17,525 nucleotides of DNA from Myxococcota bacterium. GTDB taxonomy: Bacteria > Myxococcota > JACRCW01. The position numbers and the translations under genes were made by a program. The notes under the pieces were generated by a model. That model made no database searches, had not been told where the DNA came from, and saw nothing but the letters and a program-made list of their open reading frames with translations. Position 1 is the first letter of the stretch, and each line of letters starts with the position of its first letter. Positions 1-9,882 of the stretch are shown piece after piece. The stretch covers positions 1 through 17,525 of the forward strand of contig JBFMGU010000219.1 in assembly GCA_040752415.1 (NCBI GenBank). The letters are read 5' to 3'.

Positions 1-51
1 AAGACCCGTGGGCGAGGCCCGTTGACCCCGTCCCCGGAGTCTGGGAAGTGA
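1..51 (+). CDS. istB: Probable 3' tail of IS21-family helper ATPase IstB (partial, starts before window)
   Basis: Frame 1 reads KTRGRGPLTPSPESGK-stop (TGA 49-51), ending 27 nt before an IS21-like terminal repeat array. IstB proteins typically end ...GxSxRK followed by a short tail near the right IR. Only 16 residues are visible, so the call rests mainly on position. Confidence 0.45.
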   Translation, partial: KTRGRGPLTPSPESGK

Positions 52-78
52 CATCAGGCCCCGCGGGCGCGGCCCTCA

Positions 79-122
79 GGTGTCCGGCATGCGTGGAACG
101 GGTGTCCGGCTTCGCCGGAATG
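79..122. repeat. Two tandem 22-nt imperfect direct repeats (probable transposase-binding sites)
   Basis: 79-100 ggtgtccggcatgcgtggaacg and 101-122 ggtgtccggcttcgccggaatg; 16/22 identical, including an exact 10-mer ggtgtccggc and ggaa. Confidence 0.8.
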
Positions 123-126
123 CGCA

Positions 127-246
127 GGCACGGTGCAGAACCCGTGCATCAGCAAGCCCATTGAGCAGGAGACGGTGGACCAGGTGCTGGAGTCGCTCCG
201 ACGCAGCAGCTCCGCCCCGGTGGTGCAACTGGTGCCGCAGACCTGA
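127..246 (+). pseudogene. 3' remnant of an IS-interrupted gene, resembling the end of a receiver (REC) domain
   Basis: Frame 1: GTVQNPCISKPIEQETVDQVLESLRRSSSAPVVQLVPQT-stop. 34 of 37 codons from 133 end in G/C. The KP motif followed by an amphipathic helix resembles REC beta5-alpha5. No plausible N-terminal part upstream of 127 within the window. Confidence 0.5.
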
Positions 247-258
247 GCGGAAAGCACA

Positions 259-293
259 ACGCCGACGGAACCCGGGCTGGGCGCCGTCGGCGT
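259..293. terminator. Hairpin between convergent genes, candidate terminator
   Basis: Perfect 10-bp inverted repeat acgccgacgg (259-268) / ccgtcggcgt (284-293) between stops at 246 (+) and 317 (-); only a weak U-rich tail (TGTGCTTT) on the minus strand. Confidence 0.5.
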
Positions 294-316
294 CAGGTGC
301 TGCGCGGTCCTGCCTA

Positions 317-1459
317 TCAGCGGACGAACAGCTCGCGAGCGATGATGAGCCGCTGGATCTGGCTCGTGCCCTCGTAGATCTGGAAGATCTTGGCGTCGCG
401 CATGAGCTTCTCCACCGGGTACTCCTTGTTGAAGCCGTTGCCGCCGAACACCTGCACCGCGTCGGTGGCCACCTTCATGGCGTTGTCGGCGGCGAACCGC
501 TTGGCAAACGCGGCGAACTTGGTGTTCCGGCGGCCCTGGTCGATTTCCCAGGCCGCGCGGTAGGTCAGCAGACGCGCCGCCTCGGTGTCGGAGGCCATGT
601 CCGCGATCATGAAGCTGACGCCCTGGTGCTCGGCAATGGGCACGCCAAAGGTCTTGCGCGTCTTGGCGTACTCAATGGCGTGCTCCATGGCGGCGCGAGC
701 CAGGCCCACCGCGGCGGCGGCCACCAGCGGACGCGTGTGGTCGAAGGCGGCCATGGCCAGGCGGAACCCCTGCCCTTCCGCGCCCACCATGTTCTCGGCG
801 GGGACCTTCACGTCCTCGAACGTGATGCCGCGCGTGTCGGACGCGCGCTGGCCCATGTTCTGCTCTTTCTTGCCAATGGTGATGCCCGGCGTCTTGGCGT
901 CGACGACAAAGCCGGTCATGCCCTTGGCCCCCTGCGCCTTGTCCGTGTAGGCCAGCACAAAGAACCAGTCCGCGTGGCCCGCGCCGGTAATCCACATCTT
1001 CTGGCCGTTGATGACGTAGTCGTTGCCCACCTTCTTGGCGGTGGTCTTGATGCCCTGCACGTCGCTGCCGGCGGTGGGCTCGGTGACGGCGTAGCTGCAC
1101 ATCAGCGGCGCCTCGGTCATGCGGCCCAGGTACTTCTTCTTCACCACTTCCGAGCCGCCCACCATCACGGGCGCCTCGGCCAGGGTGTTGGCGGTCATGG
1201 CGGTGGAGATGCCCGTGCAGCCCCAGCTCATCTCCTCGGCAATGATGGCCTCCTCAATGACCTTCAGCCCCAGGCCGCCGTACTCCTGCGGGATGTGGCA
1301 GTTCACCAGGCCCAGCTCCCAGGCCTTCTTGATGATTTCCAGCGGGAACTCGCCGGTCTCGTCGTGGTGTGCCGCCTTGGGGCGGATCACCTTCTCCGCG
1401 AAGTCATGGGCGGTCTTCTGCAGCTGCAGCTGCTCTTCAGTGAGGGAGAAGTCAATCAT
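317..1459 (-). CDS. Acyl-CoA dehydrogenase, medium-chain (MCAD-like), 380 aa
   Basis: Start [10 protein letters not shown] at ATG 1459 with GGAG 8 nt upstream. Motifs [48 protein letters not shown] (catalytic Glu in YEGT). Confidence 0.97.
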   Translation of the reverse strand: MIDFSLTEEQLQLQKTAHDFAEKVIRPKAAHHDETGEFPLEIIKKAWELGLVNCHIPQEYGGLGLKVIEEAIIAEEMSWGCTGISTAMTANTLAEAPVMVGGSEVVKKKYLGRMTEAPLMCSYAVTEPTAGSDVQGIKTTAKKVGNDYVINGQKMWITGAGHADWFFVLAYTDKAQGAKGMTGFVVDAKTPGITIGKKEQNMGQRASDTRGITFEDVKVPAENMVGAEGQGFRLAMAAFDHTRPLVAAAAVGLARAAMEHAIEYAKTRKTFGVPIAEHQGVSFMIADMASDTEAARLLTYRAAWEIDQGRRNTKFAAFAKRFAADNAMKVATDAVQVFGGNGFNKEYPVEKLMRDAKIFQIYEGTSQIQRLIIARELFVR

Positions 1460-1529
1460 GTCCAACGCTCCACAAACGCCAGGGCGCCTCTGAGGGGAAA
1501 CGCGTTCTTCCGGGAAATGGCGACCTGCG

Positions 1530-2198
1530 TCAAGTCCGCTCCGCGGCAAACAATTCGTCACGTCCCCAGGGCATGGTGGCGCGCCAGGACGTCACCACGC
1601 GGAACGCCGGGTGCTGTGGCGCGTGGGTCACCGTCACCAGGCGTGAGCCGGTGGGCAAGGCGGTCAGGTCGTCGAGGAGGTGCTGGCGCGTGGATGGGTC
1701 CAGGCAGGTCCAACCGCCGAACGCCGCGTGGCACGAGGACAATGGAACGGCACGCAGTGTTGCCGCGCACCCCAGCGGGACACCCAGCGCGCGGTACATC
1801 TGCTCCGCGCGCAGCCGGAGGGCATCCTGAGGCTCCACGGCGTATCCGCTGGCACCACTGAGGACGGCCAGGACCGCGGCAGCCATGCCGTCGGCCGCGC
1901 CCACGTCGACAAAACGCGTCCCAGGGCGCAGCCCCAGCACGCGAGCCACCCTGCGGAGCGCGTACCAGGGCGTGGCCCCCTGCACGAAGGCGAGCTGCGG
2001 TTGCCCCGTGCGCCGGGCCGCGAGGTGTGCGTCAAAGCGACGGGCGCCCCCTGCCGGCGCGACACCGCGACGCAGCGACTCCACCGCCCGCCACGCGGCC
2101 AGGCGCGGATGCCAGAGGCCCACGGAAACCGCGTCGACGAGCCCAAGGCCCGCCGCGCGCAACGTGGTCTTGAGGAGGAAGGAAGGGTTGGAGGACAT
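1530..2198 (-). CDS. Putative class I SAM-dependent methyltransferase, DOT1-like, about 222 aa (start uncertain; ORF open to 2267)
   Basis: FVQGATP pre-motif, [15 protein letters not shown] (motif I), GYAVE (motif II), GWTCL...[12 protein letters not shown]-terminal TMPWG. No clear RBS before ATG 2198. Confidence 0.65.
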   Translation of the reverse strand: MSSNPSFLLKTTLRAAGLGLVDAVSVGLWHPRLAAWRAVESLRRGVAPAGGARRFDAHLAARRTGQPQLAFVQGATPWYALRRVARVLGLRPGTRFVDVGAADGMAAAVLAVLSGASGYAVEPQDALRLRAEQMYRALGVPLGCAATLRAVPLSSCHAAFGGWTCLDPSTRQHLLDDLTALPTGSRLVTVTHAPQHPAFRVVTSWRATMPWGRDELFAAERT

Positions 2199-2367
2199 GC
2201 CGGCAAGGCGCGAGAACCACGCCTGCTCCACGCACGTCAGCCCGCGAGAGGGCGCGGGAATCACCACAACGGGTCACCGCGACGACGCCCGAGAGGGCCG
2301 GCACCGCGGCTCGTTGCGGAGCCCCGGAGGCCGTGCGCTGGCCGCGCAACGGTCCCCGGGTCCGGAA

Positions 2368-2760
2368 TCAGGCTGCGGTCTCGGTGGCCACGGGAGCACC
2401 AACCTTGGCGTCCACGAGCTCGATCACCGACAGCGGTGCAGCGTCACCGAGCCGGTTGCCCAGCTTGATGATGCGCGTGTAGCCGCCGTTGCGGGACTTG
2501 AAGCGTGCGCCCAGCTCGCTGAAGAGCTTCTCCACGGCGGCCGGGTCGGTGAGCATGCCCGCCGCCAGGCGACGCGCGTGCAGGTCGCCACGACGACCGA
2601 GGGTGATGAGGCGCTCCGCCACCGGGCGCAGGGCCTTGGCCTTGGCCTCGGTGGTCTGGATGCGCTCGTGCAGGAAGAGCGCGGTGGCCAGGTTGCGGAA
2701 CAAAGCGCGCCGGTGCGCCTTGGTGCGGGACAGCTTCTTGCCGGCTTTTGCGTGACGCAT
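2368..2760 (-). CDS. rplQ: 50S ribosomal protein L17
   Basis: MRHAKAGKKLSRTKAHRRALFRNLA, IQTTEAKAK, RNGGYTRIIK; follows rpoA. Confidence 0.99.
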   Translation of the reverse strand: MRHAKAGKKLSRTKAHRRALFRNLATALFLHERIQTTEAKAKALRPVAERLITLGRRGDLHARRLAAGMLTDPAAVEKLFSELGARFKSRNGGYTRIIKLGNRLGDAAPLSVIELVDAKVGAPVATETAA

Positions 2761-2868
2761 GGGACTTCCCCTTCAATCTCGTCGTGCGCGCGGCCACTCT
2801 CATCTGGGGCGCGGGCGCGTTTGCCGGGCGCGTCCAGGAACGGACGGCCCGGCGCATTCCATTGTCAA

Positions 2869-3948
<1,080 letters not shown>

Positions 3949-4097
3949 GTTGTTGCTCCACCACGGGCCGGAGTCCCGGCCGCGCCCCTTTGTTGCTGAA
4001 CCACGGTCTCCTCGAGGGAAGACCTCCACTCAGCAGTGATGCGCCCGCCCAGGGTCGGGGGCTGAACGACCAGGCAGGCGCGCGGATTGTCAGGAAA

Positions 4098-4724
<627 letters not shown>

Positions 4725-4899
4725 TTTCCACTTCCCTGCACTGCGTCCTCAAGGTGACGCAGGCGCTGCGGAGCGCACCGGCGCTCCAGGCCTGACCCCG
4801 AGGCCCACGATCCACGCCAAGGCGAACCGCAGGCTTAACAACGTCTCCGCGCCGGGTCAGGCTCCGGGAGCGGGGACGGAAACAGCAGGCGTGCGCGCG

Positions 4900-5334
4900 T
4901 CAGACGCGGCGACGCTTCGGCGGACGGCACCCGTTGTGCGGGATGGGCGTCACGTCGCGGATCATGGTGATCTTGAGGCCGCTGTTGGCCAGGGCGCGCA
5001 GCGCGCTCTCACGACCAGCGCCCGGACCCTTCACGTGGACCACCACGTTGCGCATGCCGTGGTCCATGGCTTTGCGAGCGGCGTCTTCCGCGGCCACCTG
5101 GGCAGCGAACGGCGTGCTCTTGCGGGAGCCACGGAAGCCGCGGGCACCCGCGGACGACCAGGAGATCACGTTGCCGGACACGTCCGTCAGGGTGATCAGC
5201 GTGTTGTTGAACGTGGCCTGGATGTGGGCAATGCCACTCTGCACGTTCTTACGGACCTTCTTGCGGGCCTTGCCTTCAGCTGCAGGGGCTTCACCGCCCG
5301 CGGCCGCGCCTTCCGGCTTGGTCTCATCTGCCAT
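4900..5334 (-). CDS. rpsK: 30S ribosomal protein S11
   Basis: [41 protein letters not shown]. Confidence 0.99.
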   Translation of the reverse strand: MADETKPEGAAAGGEAPAAEGKARKKVRKNVQSGIAHIQATFNNTLITLTDVSGNVISWSSAGARGFRGSRKSTPFAAQVAAEDAARKAMDHGMRNVVVHVKGPGAGRESALRALANSGLKITMIRDVTPIPHNGCRPPKRRRV

Positions 5335-5412
5335 GGGACTTCCTCATTCAGCGGGCCACCACCCTGCGGCGGTCACCCCAATCCAGAAAAGTTTGTCGAC
5401 GCGCCGCCGGAA

Positions 5413-5793
5413 TCACTTGGCCGGCGCCGGAGCCTTGCGGCCCACGGTGCGCTTGGGACCCTTGCGGGTGCGCGCGTTGGTGTGCGTGCGCTGGCCACGG
5501 ACCGGCAGGCCACGACGGTGACGCAGGCCACGGTAGCAGCCCAGGTCCATCAGGCGCTTGATGGCCATGGACACCTCACGACGCAGGTCACCTTCCACCT
5601 TCGTCGTCTGGTCGATCGCGTCACGGATGCGAACCACCTCGTCATCCGTCAGGTCGTCCGAGCGCTTGGCCAGGTCCACGTTGGCCTTGTTGAGGATCTT
5701 GACGCTGTTCTTCCGGCCAATGCCGTAGATGTACGTCAGCGCAATCTCGATGCGCTTGTTGCGGGGTAGGTCCACGCCAGCAATACGAGCCAT
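5413..5793 (-). CDS. rpsM: 30S ribosomal protein S13
   Basis: [47 protein letters not shown] 5793 with GGGAG 6 nt upstream. Confidence 0.99.
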   Translation of the reverse strand: MARIAGVDLPRNKRIEIALTYIYGIGRKNSVKILNKANVDLAKRSDDLTDDEVVRIRDAIDQTTKVEGDLRREVSMAIKRLMDLGCYRGLRHRRGLPVRGQRTHTNARTRKGPKRTVGRKAPAPAK

Positions 5794-5820
5794 CACATGC
5801 TCCCAAAATCTCAGCGGCGG

Positions 5821-5934
5821 TCAGCCCTGACGCTGCTTGTGCCTGCTGTTCTCGCAAATGACCCGAACCACGCCCTGCCGGCGGATCACCTTGCACTTGT
5901 CACAGATCTTCTTGACCGAGGCCCTGACCTTCAT
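5821..5934 (-). CDS. rpmJ: 50S ribosomal protein L36 (37 aa, zinc-ribbon type; below ORF-track cutoff)
   Basis: Manual translation [41 protein letters not shown]; AGGAG RBS. Confidence 0.99.
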   Translation of the reverse strand: MKVRASVKKICDKCKVIRRQGVVRVICENSRHKQRQG

Positions 5935-5990
5935 GGGTTTCTCCTGAAAATTCCTTCAATCTCAAGCACTTACACGCGTCAGGTGCAAAT

Positions 5991-6028
5991 GGGGCGCGGA
6001 ACCTAGCAAAAGAGCGTTCCGTGTTCAA
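5991..6028 (-). promoter_or_regulatory. Sigma70-type promoter for rpmJ-alpha operon with GC-rich discriminator
   Basis: Minus strand TTGAAC (6028-6023) - 17 nt - TAGGTT (6005-6000) with extended -10 TGn, followed by CCGCGCCCC (5999-5991). Confidence 0.7.
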
Positions 6029-6669
6029 GCTCCAAGTGCGTTGTGGATCCGCGCCTGCACATCCTGCGGCGCTCCCACGCCCTCGACGGACCGCAACAGT
6101 CCCTGCTTCCGGTAGGTCTCCTTGAGCGGATCGGTCTGCTCGTGGAAGACCTGAAGCCGCTTGCGGATGGCGGCTTCGGTGTCGTCGGTGCGCTGCGTGA
6201 GCGTCTCGCCGTCACGGTCGCACCTGCCCTTCACCTTGGGGGGCAGATTCTTCTCGTGGTAGCTGGCCTGGCACTTGGGGCACGTCCACCGGCCCGCCAG
6301 GCGGGAGACCAGCTCCGCGTCCGGCACCTCAAGCGAGAGGACCGCGTCCAGCTTCTGGCCGGTGCGCTCCAGCATGCTCGCCAGCGCGTCGGCCTGGCCC
6401 TGGGTGCGCGGGAAGCCATCCAGGAGGAAGCCGTTCTTGCAGTCGGCCGCCTTGGTGCGCTCCTCAATGACCCCCACCATGATCTCGTCGGGGACCAGCT
6501 TTCCGGCGTCCATGAACTCCGCGGCCTGCTTGCCCACCGGGGTACCGGCCTGGCGTGCGGCGCGCAGCATGTCGCCGGTGGAGAGGTGCGGGATGGAGAA
6601 ACGGTCGGAAATGGCTTTCGCCTGGGTCCCCTTCCCCGCCCCAGGCGGCCCAAAGAGCACAACTCGCAT
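6025..6669 (-). CDS. adk: Adenylate kinase (long LID, CxxC...CxxD zinc site)
   Basis: GPPGAGKGTQA, STGDMLR, LLDGFPRT, LID CPKC-x16-CDRD, RTDD. Confidence 0.99.
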   Translation of the reverse strand: MRVVLFGPPGAGKGTQAKAISDRFSIPHLSTGDMLRAARQAGTPVGKQAAEFMDAGKLVPDEIMVGVIEERTKAADCKNGFLLDGFPRTQGQADALASMLERTGQKLDAVLSLEVPDAELVSRLAGRWTCPKCQASYHEKNLPPKVKGRCDRDGETLTQRTDDTEAAIRKRLQVFHEQTDPLKETYRKQGLLRSVEGVGAPQDVQARIHNALGA

Positions 6670-6687
6670 GGGTTCACCGTGCGCCGG

Positions 6688-8031
6688 TCAAGCCGGCATG
6701 GGCACGGGACTCCGCCGGCCGCGGATGCGCGGTCCGCGCGGCCCGGTGAATCCGTCGTAGTGCCGGGTGATGAGGTGGCTCTCCACCTGCTGGACCGTGT
6801 CCAGCGCCACGCCCACCACAATCAGCAGGCCCGTTCCACCAAACTGGAAGGGCACGTTGAATTCCTTGATGAGGATGCTCGGGAGGACGCAGACGGCGCT
6901 GATGTAGATGGCGCCGCCCAACGTGATGCGCGAGAGCACCCGGTCAATGTACTCGGCCGTGGCCTTGCCCGGGCGGATGCCGGGGATGTAGCCGCCGAAC
7001 TTCTTGAGGTTGTCCGCCACGTCCACGGGGCTGAACGTCACCGCCGTGTAGAAGTAGCAGAAGAAGACGATCAGCAGCACGTAGAGCGTGTGATACGCGA
7101 CGCCGTCACCCTGCAGCGTGTCGCGGATCTTGTTCATCCACGGCGTCTCCCAGAAGCCCGCAATGGACGCCGGGAGCATCAAGATGGAGGACGCGAAGAT
7201 GGGCGGGATCACGCCGCTGGTGTTGACCTTCAGCGGAAGGTGCGTGGCCTGCCCTCCGTAGGAACGACCACCCACCACGCGCTTGGCGTACTGCACCGGA
7301 ATCCGACGCTGACCGCGCTCCATGAACACAATCACGGCGATGACCGCGATCATGGCCGCAAGCAGACCGATGAGCGTGAACGGCCGGATGATCTGCTCCT
7401 GCATGTACTCGACGGTCTGGATCACGGCGTTGGGAAGCCGCGCCACGATGCCGGCGAAGATGATGAGCGAGATACCGTTGCCGATGCCGCGGTCGGTGAT
7501 CTGCTCACCCAGCCACATGATGAACGCAGTGCCGGCGGAGAGGCTGATGACCGTGACCAGCCGGAAGCCCCAGCCGCTCCACTCCGGGCGCACGACGGGG
7601 AAGCCCTGGAAGTTGAGCCGCTCCAGGTAGAACGCAATGCCCATGCCCTGGACAATGGACAACGCCACCGTGCCATAGCGCGTGTACTGCGTGATCTTCC
7701 GACGGCCCTGCTCACCCTCCTTGCTCAAGCGCTCCAGCGTGGGAATGACCACGGTGAGGAGCTGCATGATGATGGAGGAGGAGATGTACGGCATGATGCC
7801 CAGCGCGTAGACGCTGAGGCGCTCAAGCGCACCGCCCGAGAAGAAGTTGAAGAGATTGATGAACCCGCCGCCGCCGGTGGGCTGATTGAGGATCTGCTTC
7901 ATCACGCCGCGGTCGACGCCGGGCGTGGAGACGAAGATCCCAAGCCGGTACACCGCAAGGATCCCCAGGGTGAAGAGGATGCGCTTACGGAGCTCCGGAA
8001 TCCGGAACATGTTGGCAATGCCAGAAGCCAC
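6688..8031 (-). CDS. secY: Preprotein translocase subunit SecY
   Basis: [72 protein letters not shown] start. Confidence 0.99.
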   Translation of the reverse strand: MASGIANMFRIPELRKRILFTLGILAVYRLGIFVSTPGVDRGVMKQILNQPTGGGGFINLFNFFSGGALERLSVYALGIMPYISSSIIMQLLTVVIPTLERLSKEGEQGRRKITQYTRYGTVALSIVQGMGIAFYLERLNFQGFPVVRPEWSGWGFRLVTVISLSAGTAFIMWLGEQITDRGIGNGISLIIFAGIVARLPNAVIQTVEYMQEQIIRPFTLIGLLAAMIAVIAVIVFMERGQRRIPVQYAKRVVGGRSYGGQATHLPLKVNTSGVIPPIFASSILMLPASIAGFWETPWMNKIRDTLQGDGVAYHTLYVLLIVFFCYFYTAVTFSPVDVADNLKKFGGYIPGIRPGKATAEYIDRVLSRITLGGAIYISAVCVLPSILIKEFNVPFQFGGTGLLIVVGVALDTVQQVESHLITRHYDGFTGPRGPRIRGRRSPVPMPA

Positions 8032-8084
8032 GGATGTCTCCCAGGAAACGGGTGGCGGGTCCTACCGGAGCAGGCGCCGGGTCA

Positions 8085-8543
8085 TCAACCCGTCAGCAGC
8101 TCGGTCTTGCCGCCGGCCTTCTCGATCTTCTCCTTGGCCGCCGCGGAGAAGCCGTGTGCCTTGACGGTGAGCGCGTGCTTGAGCTCGCCGTGGGCCAGGA
8201 TCTTCACACCATCCAGCGACGCCTTGACCAGGCCCGCGCCCTTGAGCGCGTCCAGGTCCACCACGGCGTCCGCCTTGAAGTGCTCCGCCAGCGCGCCCAC
8301 GTTCACCACCGCAAACTCGGTGCGGAACGGGTTCTTGAATCCGCGCTTGGGCACACGACGCTGGATGGGCGTCTGACCGCCTTCAAAGCCAATGCGGACC
8401 TGGCCGCTCTTGCGGGCCTTCTGACCCTTGTGACCCCGGCCCGACGTCTTGCCGTGGCCGCTGCTCTCACCGCGGCCCAGGCGCGTCACGTTCTTGGTCG
8501 CGCCCTTGGGGGCCTTCAGGTTGTGCAATCCGATGAACGCCAT
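8085..8543 (-). CDS. rplO: 50S ribosomal protein L15
   Basis: GRGESSGHGKTSGRGHKGQKAR, GFEGGQTP, KIEKAGG. Confidence 0.99.
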   Translation of the reverse strand: MAFIGLHNLKAPKGATKNVTRLGRGESSGHGKTSGRGHKGQKARKSGQVRIGFEGGQTPIQRRVPKRGFKNPFRTEFAVVNVGALAEHFKADAVVDLDALKGAGLVKASLDGVKILAHGELKHALTVKAHGFSAAAKEKIEKAGGKTELLTG

Positions 8544-8587
8544 GGTTCAGCCTCAATTCAATCTTGCCAACGTCGCTGCGTTGCGAG

Positions 8588-8824
8588 TCAGCTCTTCTTC
8601 TGCTTGTTGCGGTGGCGCGCGCCCGTCAGCTTGGGGGCGCCGTCCCGGAGCTCCACGTCCACCAGGTGCTGGACCTTGGTGATCATTCCGCGGATGGCCG
8701 GGGTATCCGGCAGCTCCACCGTGTGCCCAATGCGCTTCAGGCCCAGGCCCTTGACCGTGAGCACCTGCGGCTGCGGCCGACCAATGGTGCTCCTCTTCTG
8801 CGTCACAACCAGCTTCGTTGCCAT
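8588..8824 (-). CDS. rpmD: 50S ribosomal protein L30 with C-terminal extension
   Basis: RSTIGR...[33 protein letters not shown]; lies between rpsE and rplO. Confidence 0.97.
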   Translation of the reverse strand: MATKLVVTQKRSTIGRPQPQVLTVKGLGLKRIGHTVELPDTPAIRGMITKVQHLVDVELRDGAPKLTGARHRNKQKKS

Positions 8825-8842
8825 GACTTGACCTCAATCCGT

Positions 8843-9409
8843 TCAGTGGGCCGCGCCCTGGGGCTCAACCGTCTTGCCACGACGACGCGCGTGGTCCTCG
8901 GCGCTGCGCAGCTTCCGGAGCGCATCCACCGTGGCGTGCACCACGTTGTGCGGATTGGCCGTGCCCAGGCTCTTGGTGAGGATGTTGGACACGCCCGCGC
9001 TCTCCACCACCGCGCGCACCGCGCCACCGGCAATGACGCCGGTACCGTCGGCGGCGGGACGGAGGATGACCGCGCCCGCGCCAAAGTGACCGCGCACCGG
9101 GTGCGGGATGGTGCTCCCCTTCAAGGGAATCTTGAACATGTTCTTCTGGGCCTGCTCGGTGCCCTTGCGGATGGCCTCCGGCACCTCATTGGCCTTGCCC
9201 AGACCCACGCCCACCTGGCCGGCGCCGTCGCCCACCACCACCAGCGCGCTGAAGGAGAAACGGCGGCCGCCCTTCACCACCTTGGCCACGCGGTTGATAT
9301 GCACCACGCGGTCAATCAGCTCCTCGCCGCCCTCGCCCTCACGGACGGGCGCGGCACGCTCCGCCCCGGCTCCACGGTCACGCTGCTTGCGCTCTGCTTG
9401 CTCCACCAC
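8843..9409 (-). CDS. rpsE: 30S ribosomal protein S5 (start uncertain: TTG 9415, GTG 9409 or 9406)
   Basis: [50 protein letters not shown]. Confidence 0.98.
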   Translation of the reverse strand: MVEQAERKQRDRGAGAERAAPVREGEGGEELIDRVVHINRVAKVVKGGRRFSFSALVVVGDGAGQVGVGLGKANEVPEAIRKGTEQAQKNMFKIPLKGSTIPHPVRGHFGAGAVILRPAADGTGVIAGGAVRAVVESAGVSNILTKSLGTANPHNVVHATVDALRKLRSAEDHARRRGKTVEPQGAAH

Positions 9410-9460
9410 GGTCAAACCCCAATGGGACGGGCAGCATCAGCCACCGCGACCCGTCAAATG

Positions 9461-9841
9461 TCAGAAGTTCAGGCCCTTTTCGCGCGCGCCGTCTGCCACC
9501 GCCTTGATGCGACCGTGGTAGAGGAACCCGTTCCGATCGAAGACCACCTGCGAGACCTTCTTGTCCTTGCAGCGGTCCGCCACCAGCTCGCCCACCGCCT
9601 TGGCGCTCTCCACCTTCTTCATCTTCTTGCCACGCAGCCCCTTGTCCAGGGTGCTGGCCGCGGCAAGCGTACGACCCGTCGAGTCGTCGATGACCTGGGC
9701 GTAGATGTGGCGGGCGGAGCGGAACACCGTCAGGCGGGGACGCTCCGTGGTGCCGTGCACGCGCTTGCGGATGGAAATCTTGCGACGCACCCGCGTTGCC
9801 GTCTTGAGATTGCGCTTGCGCAGATTCTTGATGACCAACAT
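9461..9841 (-). CDS. rplR: 50S ribosomal protein L18
   Basis: [55 protein letters not shown] 9841 after GGAG. Confidence 0.99.
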   Translation of the reverse strand: MLVIKNLRKRNLKTATRVRRKISIRKRVHGTTERPRLTVFRSARHIYAQVIDDSTGRTLAAASTLDKGLRGKKMKKVESAKAVGELVADRCKDKKVSQVVFDRNGFLYHGRIKAVADGAREKGLNF

Positions 9842-9882
9842 GGCAGCTCTCCAGTCTCTTGGGGGCAAGGGTCAGCCTGGCA

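Larger units (their letters stand above)
1..126 (+). mobile_element. Right end of a probable IS21-family insertion sequence
   Basis: Reverse complement of 79-126 is TGCGCATTCCGGCGAAGCCGGACACCCGTTCCACGCATGCCGGACACC: a terminal TG/CA dinucleotide plus two 22-nt tandem units, the end architecture of IS21-family elements. Coding-like GC3 bias of a different gene starts right after position 126. Confidence 0.7.

Noticed and set aside
49..80. In-frame TGA followed by a GC stem as possible selenocysteine recoding joining 1-246
   Set aside because: The intervening translation is not protein-like and lacks GC3 bias; it is better explained as an IS end.
79..122. 22-nt repeats as CRISPR array or transcription factor operator
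   Set aside because: Only two adjacent units without spacers; the terminal CA and context fit an IS21 inverted repeat better.
1505..1533. TTGACG -35-like hexamer upstream of the acyl-CoA dehydrogenase
   Set aside because: The hexamer at 17-nt spacing is GAAGAA, too poor a -10 to call a promoter.
80..1861. 593-aa plus-strand ORF
   Set aside because: Antisense shadow of the acyl-CoA dehydrogenase; GC-rich codon bias suppresses stops on the opposite strand and there are no recognisable motifs.
6043..8376. 777-aa plus-strand ORF (and similar ones at 8564-9955, 15193-16371, 16157-17326)
   Set aside because: Antisense to adk/secY/r-protein genes, with the typical H/V/L/R-rich shadow composition.
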